A DNA stretch of 59,680 nucleotides, the filler included. It is 4 parts of 4 records of this genome, joined end to end, with 100 filler letters (N's around TTAATTAATTAA, not from the genome) between each part and the next. Parts side by side here need not be neighbours in the genome. Positions count along the whole stretch, not along the records: positions 11,452 to 38,657 come from SRR20825019_1840; 3 more parts are not named here. One strand, 5' to 3'. This document shows, one piece after another, positions 20,490-28,807 of the stretch. The stretch's first letter is position 1; every line of letters starts with the position of its first letter. A program made the position numbers and the translations under genes. The notes under the pieces were generated by a model. The model was not told the origin of the DNA and did no database searches. It saw nothing but the letters and a program-made list of their open reading frames with translations.

Positions 20490-22277
20490 ATGCTTCGGCT
20501 GTCCGCCCCGTCCAGCAGGAAGATTGCATCCATGCCCGGCTCCGAAAGCACAACAGCAGAAAACCCGGCCGAAGTCTGGGATGTGATCGTGCTTGGGGGT
20601 GGCGCGGCCGGGATGGCGGCGGCGATCTTCGCCGCGCTCGACGGCGCGCGGACGCTCCTCGTTGAACGTTCCGGCTCTGTTGGCGGCACCTCTGCCCTGT
20701 CCGCCGGGACGGTCTGGATTCCGAACACAAGGCACGCCGCTTCGGCTGGAACGAAAGACAGCCCGGAGCGGGCGGCCGCGTTTCTTGATGCCGCCATCGG
20801 CAACCGGGCGCCGAAGGTGATGCGGGACACTTTCCTCCGCGCGGGACCGGAAGCGGTGCGCCATCTGGAAGAAAACACGGCGGTACAGTTCCGCGCCCGC
20901 CCCTTTCACCCCGATTATCTCTTTGAGCTGGAGGGCTCGGTCGCGGGTGGCCGCGCCCTTGAAGCGCTGCCGTTCGATGGCGGGATGCTCGGAAAGGCTC
21001 TCAGCCTGCTCCGGCCGCCGATCCCGGAATTCACGGTACTGGGCGGGATGATGGTCGACCGGGACGATATCGGCCATCTGCTGAAAATGACGCGATCGCT
21101 GAAATCCTTGGCCCATGGTGCCCGGCTGATCGCCGGATATGCCGTGGACCGGATGCGTCACGGGCGCGGCGCGCGGCTTGTCATGGGCAATGCCCTGACA
21201 GGCAGGCTGCTGAAGACCCTGCTGGATCTCGGTGTCACGGTGCGGACGGATGCCGAGGTCACCGATATTTCCGCCGGTGCCGATGGCACGCGTGTCCGGG
21301 TCCGCAGCAAAGGCAAGGAAATCAGCCTGCATGCAGCAGGCGGGGTCATTCTGGCGTCCGGCGGGTTTGCCCGGCATCCGCAGAGACGGGCGGAGTTGCT
21401 GCCGGAGCCGCAACCTGAATTCAGTCCGGCGGCGCCCGGTAATACCGGAGCTTTACACGACATCGCTCTCAGGCTTGGTGCCCGTTATGGGGAGGGGGGC
21501 GCGCAACCGGTCTTCTGGGCGCCGGTATCGCGCCGCCGCCGGAAAGATGGCAGCGTGGCGGTCTTCCCGCATTTCGTCCTCGACCGCTCCAAGCCCGGCA
21601 TTTTCTCGGTTGGCCGGGACGGGCGGCGCTTCGTCAATGAAAGCCGCTCCTATCATGAGTTCGTGGCGGCAATGTATGGCGCGAACCGGGACGGCTCCAC
21701 CATCCCGGCTTTCGAGATCACCGATGCCGACGGGCTCAGGAAGTACGGGCTTGGCATGGTCCGGCCGGGCGGGCGCGGGCTCGGGCCGTTCCTGAAAGAC
21801 GGATATCTGGTGCGGGCGGACTCGCTGGTGGATCTGGCCGGGCAGCTTGGTATTGACGCCGGTGGCCTTGCGGACACGGTCACGCGGATGAACGGCTTCG
21901 CTGAAACAGGCGTGGATCTGGATTTCAACCGGGGGGCGACGGTTTATGAGCGGGCCAACGGCGACCCGTCCCACACACCGAACCCGACACTTGGCCCGGT
22001 CCGGGCGCCGCCTTTCTACGCCATTCGGCTCTGGCCGGGGGATATTGGCGCGGCCACAGGATTGCTGACGGATGCGGACGCGCGGCTGATCGATGCGGAT
22101 GGACTGCCGATCGACGGCCTCTATGCCTGCGGTAACGACATGCACTCGGTGATGGGCGGCGTCTATCCGGCGCCGGGCATCAATCTGGGGCCTGCCATCG
22201 CCTTTGCCTACATCGCCGGGCGGCACGCGGCGGCACGGAGCCGTGATCCGAAGGAAGAGCTATCATCAGCCGAATAA
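20490..22277 (+). CDS. FAD-dependent oxidoreductase (fumarate reductase/3-ketosteroid dehydrogenase-like flavoprotein)
   Basis: DVIVLGGGAAG, VGGTSALSAG, GVILASGGF, GRRFVNE, GLYACGND, GINLGPA. True start may be ATG 20532. Confidence 0.9.
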   Translation: MLRLSAPSSRKIASMPGSESTTAENPAEVWDVIVLGGGAAGMAAAIFAALDGARTLLVERSGSVGGTSALSAGTVWIPNTRHAASAGTKDSPERAAAFLDAAIGNRAPKVMRDTFLRAGPEAVRHLEENTAVQFRARPFHPDYLFELEGSVAGGRALEALPFDGGMLGKALSLLRPPIPEFTVLGGMMVDRDDIGHLLKMTRSLKSLAHGARLIAGYAVDRMRHGRGARLVMGNALTGRLLKTLLDLGVTVRTDAEVTDISAGADGTRVRVRSKGKEISLHAAGGVILASGGFARHPQRRAELLPEPQPEFSPAAPGNTGALHDIALRLGARYGEGGAQPVFWAPVSRRRRKDGSVAVFPHFVLDRSKPGIFSVGRDGRRFVNESRSYHEFVAAMYGANRDGSTIPAFEITDADGLRKYGLGMVRPGGRGLGPFLKDGYLVRADSLVDLAGQLGIDAGGLADTVTRMNGFAETGVDLDFNRGATVYERANGDPSHTPNPTLGPVRAPPFYAIRLWPGDIGAATGLLTDADARLIDADGLPIDGLYACGNDMHSVMGGVYPAPGINLGPAIAFAYIAGRHAAARSRDPKEELSSAE

Positions 22278-22310
22278 CGCTAGGGCGAAGAAAAACGGGA
22301 GGACACGACC

Positions 22311-22670
22311 ATGAGCGAAGCTTTCATCCGCAACATTGCCGAAGTCGAATGGAAGGAATTCCCCGGCCATCACGGCGGCGCGCTGTCCAAGCCGCTGGTC
22401 GCTGCCGATAGCTCCGATGCCAAGCTGATCGATCATCGGATTTCCTGTTACCAGCCGATGGCCTATGTCGAGCGGCACAGCCACAAGATACAGGAGCAGG
22501 TTTATCATGTGCTGGAAGGCGAGGGGCTGATGGAGATCGCGGGCAGGAAGCAGGTGGTCCGGCGCCATGACGTGATCTTCATCCCGCCGGGGATCGAGCA
22601 CGCTATCCAGAATTCGGGCCTGTCCGACCTTGTCTTTCTGGTCATCACCACGCCGATGACGGACGGGTAG
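22311..22670 (+). CDS. Cupin domain protein
   Basis: HSH...EQVYHVLEGEG and IFIPPGIEHAIQN cupin motifs. GGAGG RBS. Confidence 0.9.
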   Translation: MSEAFIRNIAEVEWKEFPGHHGGALSKPLVAADSSDAKLIDHRISCYQPMAYVERHSHKIQEQVYHVLEGEGLMEIAGRKQVVRRHDVIFIPPGIEHAIQNSGLSDLVFLVITTPMTDG

Positions 22671-22738
22671 GCCCCGCGCGGGCGGGGAATTTCCCGGCAT
22701 CTGACTGGTCTCCGGAGACCTCCCGGGACACCCGGCAG

Positions 22739-22763
22739 GGAACCATCCGGGCATCGGCGCGTT
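22739..22763 (+). promoter_or_regulatory. EcfG/SigT/RpoE2 general-stress promoter
   Basis: GGAAC (22739-22743) - 16 nt - CGTT (22760-22763), just upstream of the PLDc_N gene. Confidence 0.8.
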
Positions 22764-22796
22764 GTTAAAGCAGAGACAACAATGCGAGTCGAAGCC

Positions 22797-22991
22797 ATGG
22801 AAATCTTTTCAGGTCTATTTGCCCTGATCATTCTGATCGCCGATATTTATGCCGTGATCCAGGTGCTCTCCAGCGGCACTTCCGGCGTTAACAAGCTCGT
22901 CTGGACCCTCCTGATCATCATGCTGCCGGTGATCGGCCTCATCATCTGGATGTTTGCCGGTCCGCGTGGTTCCTCCGGGGTCAGGGTCTAG
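22797..22991 (+). CDS. Small two-TM protein, PLD nuclease N-terminal (PLDc_N) domain
   Basis: DIYAVIQV..S....KLVWTLLIIMLPVIGLIIWMFAG. Start is 22797 or 22782. Confidence 0.85.
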   Translation: MEIFSGLFALIILIADIYAVIQVLSSGTSGVNKLVWTLLIIMLPVIGLIIWMFAGPRGSSGVRV

Positions 22992-22996
22992 GGACC

Positions 22997-24145
22997 TTGG
23001 AGCACACAACAGAAACATCGGCTGCCCGCGATACGTCGCTGGCGGAGCCGAAGGATACCGTTAAATCATCCTCAAACCGCGCCCTCCACCGGAGGGCGCG
23101 GTTGCGTGATGTTCAGTCCTATGCGGTGATCGGTCTGTTCGTGCTCGCGGCGGGCTCGGCGCTTTATATTGCGTCCGAGCTGTTCCTGCCGATCTTTCTG
23201 GCCCTGTTCCTTTGGGTCATTCTGTATCCCGCCGTGCGCACCATCAGTGCGGTAGGGCTGCCCGACTGGTGCGGTGCCCTGGTGGTGGTCGGTGGGCTTG
23301 TCGGTACCGCCGGCCTTGCACTGTTCCAGCTTTCCGATCCGGCCATGTACTGGCTCGATGAATTGCCAGCGATTTTCAGAAAAATCGAACGAGAGTTCTG
23401 GGGGTTGCGGCAATCCATCGAGGAAGCGTCGCAGGCGACCGAGAAACTCAAGGACATGGCGGGCAGTGGTGGTGCGGCAGGTGACACGGTTGTCGTCCAG
23501 GGACCGTCATTCCTGCGTCAGTTGGCAAATTACACATGGCTGACCATGGCGCAGATCGTGATGACGCTCGGCCTGCTTTACATGCTTCTGGCCCAGGGCC
23601 GCCGTGCGGCACGGTCGTTCGTGCGCCGTATCAATAACCGGTCGGCCTTTGTCGATTTTATGAGCGCGGTGCAGGAGAGATTCTCCACCTACGTGCGGGC
23701 TCTGACGGCGATCAATCTCTGTGTCGGTGCACTGACCGCTCTGGCCATGCTGCTGCTCGGCATGCCGAACCCGGTCATGTGGGGGCTGCTTGCCTTTTTC
23801 CTGAACTTTCTGCCGTTCGTCGGCCCGCTCGCCATGCTGGCGATCCTGACTCTCGCCGGTCTCGCCAGCTTCGATACATGGCTTGCCGTGGCGTCCGTTC
23901 CGGCGGCCTTCGCAGTAATCAATGCAGTTGAATGCTATGCGGTGACACCGGTCGTGTTGGGGCGAAAAATGACGCTCAGCCCGATCCTGATTTTCATCTC
24001 GATGCTGTTCTGGACCTGGTGCTGGGGGATGCCCGGCGCATTTCTGGCGGCCCCGATCGCCGTCTTCTCGAAGCTTGTTTATGACTTCCTGATAGGTCAG
24101 CCAGCCGATTTGGCGCGATCTGAAGCGGTAGCGGAAAGCAAGTAA
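22997..24145 (+). CDS. AI-2E family transporter
   Basis: LFLPIFLA, GMPNPVMWG...NFLPFVGP, E..AVTP.VLGRKMTLSP, FWTWCWG.PGAFLAAP. Confidence 0.9.
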   Translation: MEHTTETSAARDTSLAEPKDTVKSSSNRALHRRARLRDVQSYAVIGLFVLAAGSALYIASELFLPIFLALFLWVILYPAVRTISAVGLPDWCGALVVVGGLVGTAGLALFQLSDPAMYWLDELPAIFRKIEREFWGLRQSIEEASQATEKLKDMAGSGGAAGDTVVVQGPSFLRQLANYTWLTMAQIVMTLGLLYMLLAQGRRAARSFVRRINNRSAFVDFMSAVQERFSTYVRALTAINLCVGALTALAMLLLGMPNPVMWGLLAFFLNFLPFVGPLAMLAILTLAGLASFDTWLAVASVPAAFAVINAVECYAVTPVVLGRKMTLSPILIFISMLFWTWCWGMPGAFLAAPIAVFSKLVYDFLIGQPADLARSEAVAESK

Positions 24146-24264
24146 TAGATAGCTCAAATTGTTCTGATTGTGTCAGGCCGTTCTCAATTCAATTTTTGAA
24201 AGAACGGCCTGATTTTAATAAAAAAATATTCCACACAAAAAATTTATATTTAGCAAAAAAATCG

Positions 24265-24289
24265 GGAACTTCATCCGGGGTGAAACGTT
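24265..24289 (+). promoter_or_regulatory. EcfG/SigT/RpoE2 general-stress promoter
   Basis: GGAAC (24265-24269) - 16 nt - CGTT (24286-24289), preceded by an AT-rich tract, upstream of the PRC-barrel gene. Confidence 0.8.
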
Positions 24290-24367
24290 TCTTTGTTGAG
24301 GGTGGCGCAATACAGGCCGCTCGCAAAACGGAACTCTATATTTCTTCATTAGAAGAGGAGAGAAAAC

Positions 24368-25270
24368 ATGATCCGCAAGCTTCTTACGACAACAGCTCTT
24401 GGTGCAACCATCGCTATCGGCGGGCTGATGACGGCAAATGCCGCCGGCTCCGATGCTGCAAAGGGAACGGGTGTTTTCGCCCCCAATTCCAGCACCTCCG
24501 GCAACGCGGAAACCTCCCCCTATCTGAAAGCCGGAACGGACCAGATTTTGGCCTCCGTGCTGATCGGTCAGTCCGTCTATGGCTCCAGTGCCAAGGACGC
24601 GGACCCGATCGGGGATATCAACGACGTCGTCATGACCACGAACGGTGACGTTCTGGCGGCCGTGGTTGGTGTTGGCGGTGTGCTCGGCATCGGTGAGAAG
24701 GATGTCGCGGTCGATATCAACCGGCTGCAGTGGATCCCGATCGAGGATGGCCGCCGCCTGGTGGCCGACGCAACCAAGGAAGAGCTGAAGAGTGCTCCGG
24801 CTTTTGACCGGGACCAGTTCGAGGATTATGCCACGCTTGGCTTCGCCGGGACGGCCATGAAGAAGGTCGATGAAGGCTTCGCTTCGGTCAAGAAGGGTAC
24901 GGAAGAAGCGTACAATTCGATGACCAAGGACGGTGCAAAGCTGGTCACGGTTGACCCCGGCACGGTGAATAACGACGAGCTGATCGGTGCCCGCGTTTAT
25001 GGCGCGGATAACGAGGATATCGGCGAGATCGACAAGGTGCTGCGTGGCTCCGGCGATCGTGTCGAGGCCTATGTCGTCGATGTCGGTGGTTTCCTGGGGC
25101 TGGGTGAAAAGCCGATTGCCCTCGCTCCCGACGCCGGTCGCCTGATGAAGAGTGAAACCGGTGGCGAGGTTGAGGTGCATGTGCCGTTTACCATGGCGCA
25201 GCTCAAATCCCAGCCGGCTTACTCGGAGAAGGATTACAAGACTGCGCCGGATGCAATCATCCTTCGCTAA
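24368..25270 (+). CDS. Secreted protein with two PRC-barrel domains
   Basis: Signal peptide, then two copies of LIG..VY....IG.I..V....VV.VGG.LG.GEK. Confidence 0.9.
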   Translation: MIRKLLTTTALGATIAIGGLMTANAAGSDAAKGTGVFAPNSSTSGNAETSPYLKAGTDQILASVLIGQSVYGSSAKDADPIGDINDVVMTTNGDVLAAVVGVGGVLGIGEKDVAVDINRLQWIPIEDGRRLVADATKEELKSAPAFDRDQFEDYATLGFAGTAMKKVDEGFASVKKGTEEAYNSMTKDGAKLVTVDPGTVNNDELIGARVYGADNEDIGEIDKVLRGSGDRVEAYVVDVGGFLGLGEKPIALAPDAGRLMKSETGGEVEVHVPFTMAQLKSQPAYSEKDYKTAPDAIILR

Positions 25271-25297
25271 ACCATCCTTCCCTAAACCATCCTTCCC
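25258..25297 (+). repeat. 15-bp tandem repeat, ~2.7 copies, spanning the PRC gene stop
   Basis: CATCCTTCGCTAAAC CATCCTTCCCTAAAC CATCCTTCCC. Confidence 0.85.
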
Positions 25298-25316
25298 TTC
25301 TGAGGCCTTTGGAAAT

Positions 25317-25342
25317 CGGGGCGCCGCTGAACCGGCGCCCCG
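25317..25342. other. GC-rich hairpin between the PRC-barrel and DUF883 genes
   Basis: CGGGGCGCCG-CTGAAC-CGGCGCCCCG is a perfect 10-bp stem. No long U tract follows. Confidence 0.65.
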
Positions 25343-25374
25343 GATTCAGCCCCCCATTTAATAAGGAGATTATC

Positions 25375-25707
25375 GTGGCTACCACCCAGACCAAAACCGC
25401 AGCCAATGGAACAGGCCCGAAAGCGGGCGATATCGAAGCCCAGCTCGAGGCCCTTCGTTCCGATCTTTCCGATCTGACGAACAGTGTATCCGACCTCGGC
25501 CGGAGCCGGACAAGCGATCTCAAGCATCGTGGCGAGGAAGCCATGGCGAAGATTGCCGAGAGTTCTTCTGCCGCTGCCAAGCGGGTGAAGGGCGACCTTG
25601 ACCGCATCGAGAAGAACGTGAGCACGGGTGTTCGTGCCAAGCCGATCCGTTCTCTTGCGATTGCAGCCGGTATCGGCCTCGCGGTCGGCTATCTGGTCAG
25701 GCGCTAA
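25375..25707 (+). CDS. DUF883/ElaB/YqjD family tail-anchored protein
   Basis: Coiled region LRSDLSDL, C-terminal VRAKPIRSLAIAAGIGLAVGYLVRR. AAGGAG RBS before GTG 25375. Confidence 0.85.
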   Translation: MATTQTKTAANGTGPKAGDIEAQLEALRSDLSDLTNSVSDLGRSRTSDLKHRGEEAMAKIAESSSAAAKRVKGDLDRIEKNVSTGVRAKPIRSLAIAAGIGLAVGYLVRR

Positions 25708-25709
25708 CC

Positions 25710-26150
25710 GTGCTTGACCGTCTGGCATCCCACGCCACCCGCATAGCCGCCTGGAATGCCGGGCGGCTGGCGGCGCGAACAAAGCGCAACACGGCCCTGT
25801 ATGGTCTTGCCATCCTTTTTGGTCTGACCGCCTATGGGGCCGCTGTTGCGGCCGGCGGGCTCTGGCTTGTCGAACGCGTCGACGCGATTGCGGCGCTTGG
25901 CATTCTGGTACTTGTCTCCGGCTCACTGGCCATTGCTGTCTGGGCGATTACGGCGGCCGTCAGCGCCTATGAGCGCCGGCATGAAGCCGAGATCCGCCGG
26001 CAGAGCCTGAGCGCGGTTTCCGCTGCCCTTGCCGTGGCCCCGGTGATTGGCCGCTCTTCTCCTCTGTTGCTCGCCCTGGCTGGTGCGGGCCTGGCCTACT
26101 TTGCTTTCAGTGGAAATTCCGACGATGCCGATGAAGGCGCGGAGGAGTAA
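25710..26150 (+). CDS. Small membrane protein (YqjE-like partner of DUF883)
   Basis: 2-3 TM segments. Starts 2 nt after the DUF883 stop. Confidence 0.65.
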   Translation: MLDRLASHATRIAAWNAGRLAARTKRNTALYGLAILFGLTAYGAAVAAGGLWLVERVDAIAALGILVLVSGSLAIAVWAITAAVSAYERRHEAEIRRQSLSAVSAALAVAPVIGRSSPLLLALAGAGLAYFAFSGNSDDADEGAEE

Positions 26151-26287
26151 TCCCGGACGGCCAATCATAGAGAGCGCCGATTGACCTATCGGGATTAACG
26201 ATTGGATCGGATCGGCTGCGTCGGGGAAGCTTTCTCTCCAAAGCTCGCGCAAAGCGGGTGTGAAATAGAGATAGCTGAGAGCCCTCG

Positions 26288-26755
26288 ATGCCACAGGCCT
26301 TACCTAATGCCGATGCGGCGCGCGCGATCTGCGCGCAACACGGGAATGCCGCTTCGGAGCTGCTTGAAATCCTGCATGATGTGCAGGACAGCCTCGGCCA
26401 TGTCGCGCCGGACTGCCTTCCCGTCATTGCTGACAGTCTGAACCTCTCCAAGGCGGAGGTTCATGGCGTTGTCAGCTTCTATCATGATTTCAAAACAGAA
26501 CCGGATGGCCGGGTGGTCGTCAAGATCTGCCAGGCGGAAGCCTGCCGGTCGATGGGCGCGGTTGCCCTGACCGAGCAGATCCTGTCACGCTATGGCGTGT
26601 CATTGTCCGAGAAAACCGCCGCCGGTGTGGTGTTCGAGCCCGTTTATTGTCTCGGAAATTGCGCATTGGCCCCGGCCGCGATGGTCGGTGGGGCGTTGCT
26701 TGGCCGGGTGCGCGGCGCGGATGTGGATGACGCTCTTGAGGAGGCCGCGCGATGA
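26288..26755 (+). CDS. fdsG: NAD-dependent formate dehydrogenase gamma subunit (NuoE-like, 2Fe-2S)
   Basis: LLEILHDVQ..GHV, LNLSKAEVHGVVSFYHDF, CQAEAC, CLGNCALAP. Confidence 0.92.
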   Translation: MPQALPNADAARAICAQHGNAASELLEILHDVQDSLGHVAPDCLPVIADSLNLSKAEVHGVVSFYHDFKTEPDGRVVVKICQAEACRSMGAVALTEQILSRYGVSLSEKTAAGVVFEPVYCLGNCALAPAAMVGGALLGRVRGADVDDALEEAAR

Positions 26756-27630
26756 GCGTGAAGCTCTTCATTCCGGACGATGCGGCAGCCCTTTCGGTCG
26801 GTGCGGACAAGGTCGTCGGGGCGCTCGCAAAAGAAGCAGAGCGGCTTGGTATTGATTTGCATATCGTCCGCAACGGCTCGCGCGGCATGCTCTGGCTGGA
26901 GCCGCTGGTGGAGTGGGACGGGCCGGACGGGCGGATGGCTTTCGGGCCGGTGCACCCGGGCGATGCGGCCGCGTTGCTTGCAGCTATTCTTGGTGATGGC
27001 AGGCATCCTCTGGCGCTGGGGCCGACGGAAGAGATTCCCTACCTGAAACATCAGGAACGCCTGACACTTGCCCGGGGCGGCCTGATCGATCCCCATTCCC
27101 TTGCCGATTACAGCACGGTGCAGGGCGAGCAGCGTACCGTCGCACTGCCGGACGGCTCGATGGTCTATCTCAATACCGATACGGCCATCGCGGTGGTTTA
27201 TGGCGATGACGAGCGCTGGGTCGAGTTGCTGCGCGGCGAAGCCCTGTTCCAGGTTGCCTCCAACCCGGACCGGCCTTTCCGGGTGATCGCCGAAGGTGGC
27301 ATGACCGAAGCGGTCGGCACGGCTTTTGTTATTCGCGAAGATCCTGTGGATACCGTTGTGACGGTGACGGAGGGCGTCGTCGAAGTACGCTCGCCTCTTG
27401 GCGGGGCTGGTCCGGAGGCTTCTGTCCGGGCAGAGCGCGGGCAGCAGACCCGGTACCGGACGGATGCGCCGCCGGGTGTATGGTGTGAATGCCCGGATCG
27501 AGGCTTGCTCGCGCGGGATTCCGCAGATCATCGTCGATGGGGCCGTGGACGAAACACTTATATAGCGTGGCTGCGCCCTGCTAGTTCACTGTCTTTGGCG
27601 CGGCTGTATCCCTGCCGGCTGCGCCGGTGA
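26752..27630 (+). pseudogene. Chimera: N-terminal ~120 aa of formate dehydrogenase beta subunit FdsB fused in frame to an internal FecR domain, ending in a run-on tail
   Basis: FdsB-like IPDDAAALSVGAD, RNGSRGMLWLEPLVE, QERLT.AR.G.IDP.SLADY, then FecR-like GEQRTVALPDGS.VYLNTDT, L.RGEALFQVA.NPDRPFRV, AVGTAF, VTEGVVEV. No NuoF NADH/FMN or 4Fe-4S domain. Confidence 0.85.
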
Positions 27631-28807
27631 ATTTATCCAGCCATTCCCCCAGTGTTTGATCGGATAGCTGAGTGTCTCCGGGCAGGTCACCGTCTGGCGC
27701 TGTGGTGGCTCCGGATTGGACCGGAGCATTTGCCGGGGTCGTTTGTTGTGGTGCCGCCGGTGTGCCGGGGGGCGTCATGCTGTCTTTCTGTATCGCGGCG
27801 CCGGAGGCCGTCAGGGGCGCCGGTCCGGCAAGGGATGGTGAGCCCATCAGATCGCTGCGCGGGCCAAGCGGGTTGCCCTCCGGGTTTGCCGCGTTTTTAT
27901 TGGTCGCGTCGCTCCCCTTCATGGCCGGATCGGTATTCAGGATGATCGGCAGGCCGTCTGCGCCGCCGATCACAATGACCTTGGCATTGTTGGACTGAGC
28001 GAGTTGCAGCGTCGCCTCGATACCGCGCCAGCGCAGATAGCTCTCGGTGATGCCGGGCGCGACGATTTCCTGGAAGCTGCGGATGCCTTCGGCCTCGATT
28101 CTCTTGCGCTGGCGTTCCTTCTCTTCCAGCCGCAGGCGGAAGTCATAGGCCTCGCTCATATGGCGGACCCGTTCCTTCTGTTCGATCGCGTTGCGCACGA
28201 AGGCCGGCAGTCCGATTTCCTCGATCAGCACGTCCTCGAGATAGATGTAGGCTTCGTCGAACGGGACGTTCGAGGAGATGTTCGCCAGCTTGCTCTGGAA
28301 CAGGGTCTGCACGATGGTCTGCACCTGCTCGCGGCGTGTCGAGTACAGGTCGGATGCCTCATTCTCGGAAATATAGGTGAGGATCAGGGTGCGCAGTTGC
28401 GGGCGCATCAGGGTCTCGGAATAATTCGGCCCGATGCTCTTGTGCAGGAAGCCCACATACGGGCTGTTGATGACGTACCGGCTGGAGATGTTGAGGGTGA
28501 TTTCCAGGCCGTCGACGCTCAAGCCCTTCACGCTCTCGTCGATACGTTGCAGGCGCGCGTCGTACATGTAGATCTTGTCCCAGGGAAGGATGAAGTGAAT
28601 GCCTTCCTCGAGCTGGCTCCCCTTTTCGGTCACGGTGCCGCCAAAGAAACGATACCACATCACGCCAACGGACCCCGGCGGTACGGTGTAGACGATCAGC
28701 GGCCACAGCACGATGATCATGAGCAGCAGGATAGCGCCGGTGGCAAAAAACTCGACCCAGTGCTGGTTCGTCCAGCTCGACGCCTGTTTGAAGAAGCGAC
28801 TAATCAT
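27581..28807 (-). CDS. SPFH/prohibitin (band 7) membrane protein with a ~110-aa P/A/T-rich tail
   Basis: N-terminal TM, V..G.VGV....FGG, EGIHFILPW, S.DGL.I.L..S, I.LP...AIEQK, coiled coil RKRIEAEG, YLRWRGIEAT..LA.S.NAKVIVIG. Confidence 0.9.
   Translation of the reverse strand: MISRFFKQASSWTNQHWVEFFATGAILLLMIIVLWPLIVYTVPPGSVGVMWYRFFGGTVTEKGSQLEEGIHFILPWDKIYMYDARLQRIDESVKGLSVDGLEITLNISSRYVINSPYVGFLHKSIGPNYSETLMRPQLRTLILTYISENEASDLYSTRREQVQTIVQTLFQSKLANISSNVPFDEAYIYLEDVLIEEIGLPAFVRNAIEQKERVRHMSEAYDFRLRLEEKERQRKRIEAEGIRSFQEIVAPGITESYLRWRGIEATLQLAQSNNAKVIVIGGADGLPIILNTDPAMKGSDATNKNAANPEGNPLGPRSDLMGSPSLAGPAPLTASGAAIQKDSMTPPGTPAAPQQTTPANAPVQSGATTAPDGDLPGDTQLSDQTLGEWLDKFTGAAGRDTAAPKTVN

Noticed and set aside
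24330-24350. Third EcfG promoter (GGAAC...CATT)
   Set aside because: Spacing is 12 nt rather than 16-17.
25258-25297. CRISPR array
   Set aside because: 15-bp units are directly adjacent with no spacers, and there are no cas genes.
27400-27600. Mobile element at the edge of the NRPS island
   Set aside because: No transposase, integrase, tRNA or terminal repeats were seen here or elsewhere in the window.
26752-27630. A functional formate-sensing anti-sigma factor
   Set aside because: No TM helix or sigma-binding domain, the FecR C-terminus is missing, there is no cognate sigma or receptor, and the tail overlaps a convergent gene; a deletion scar is simpler.
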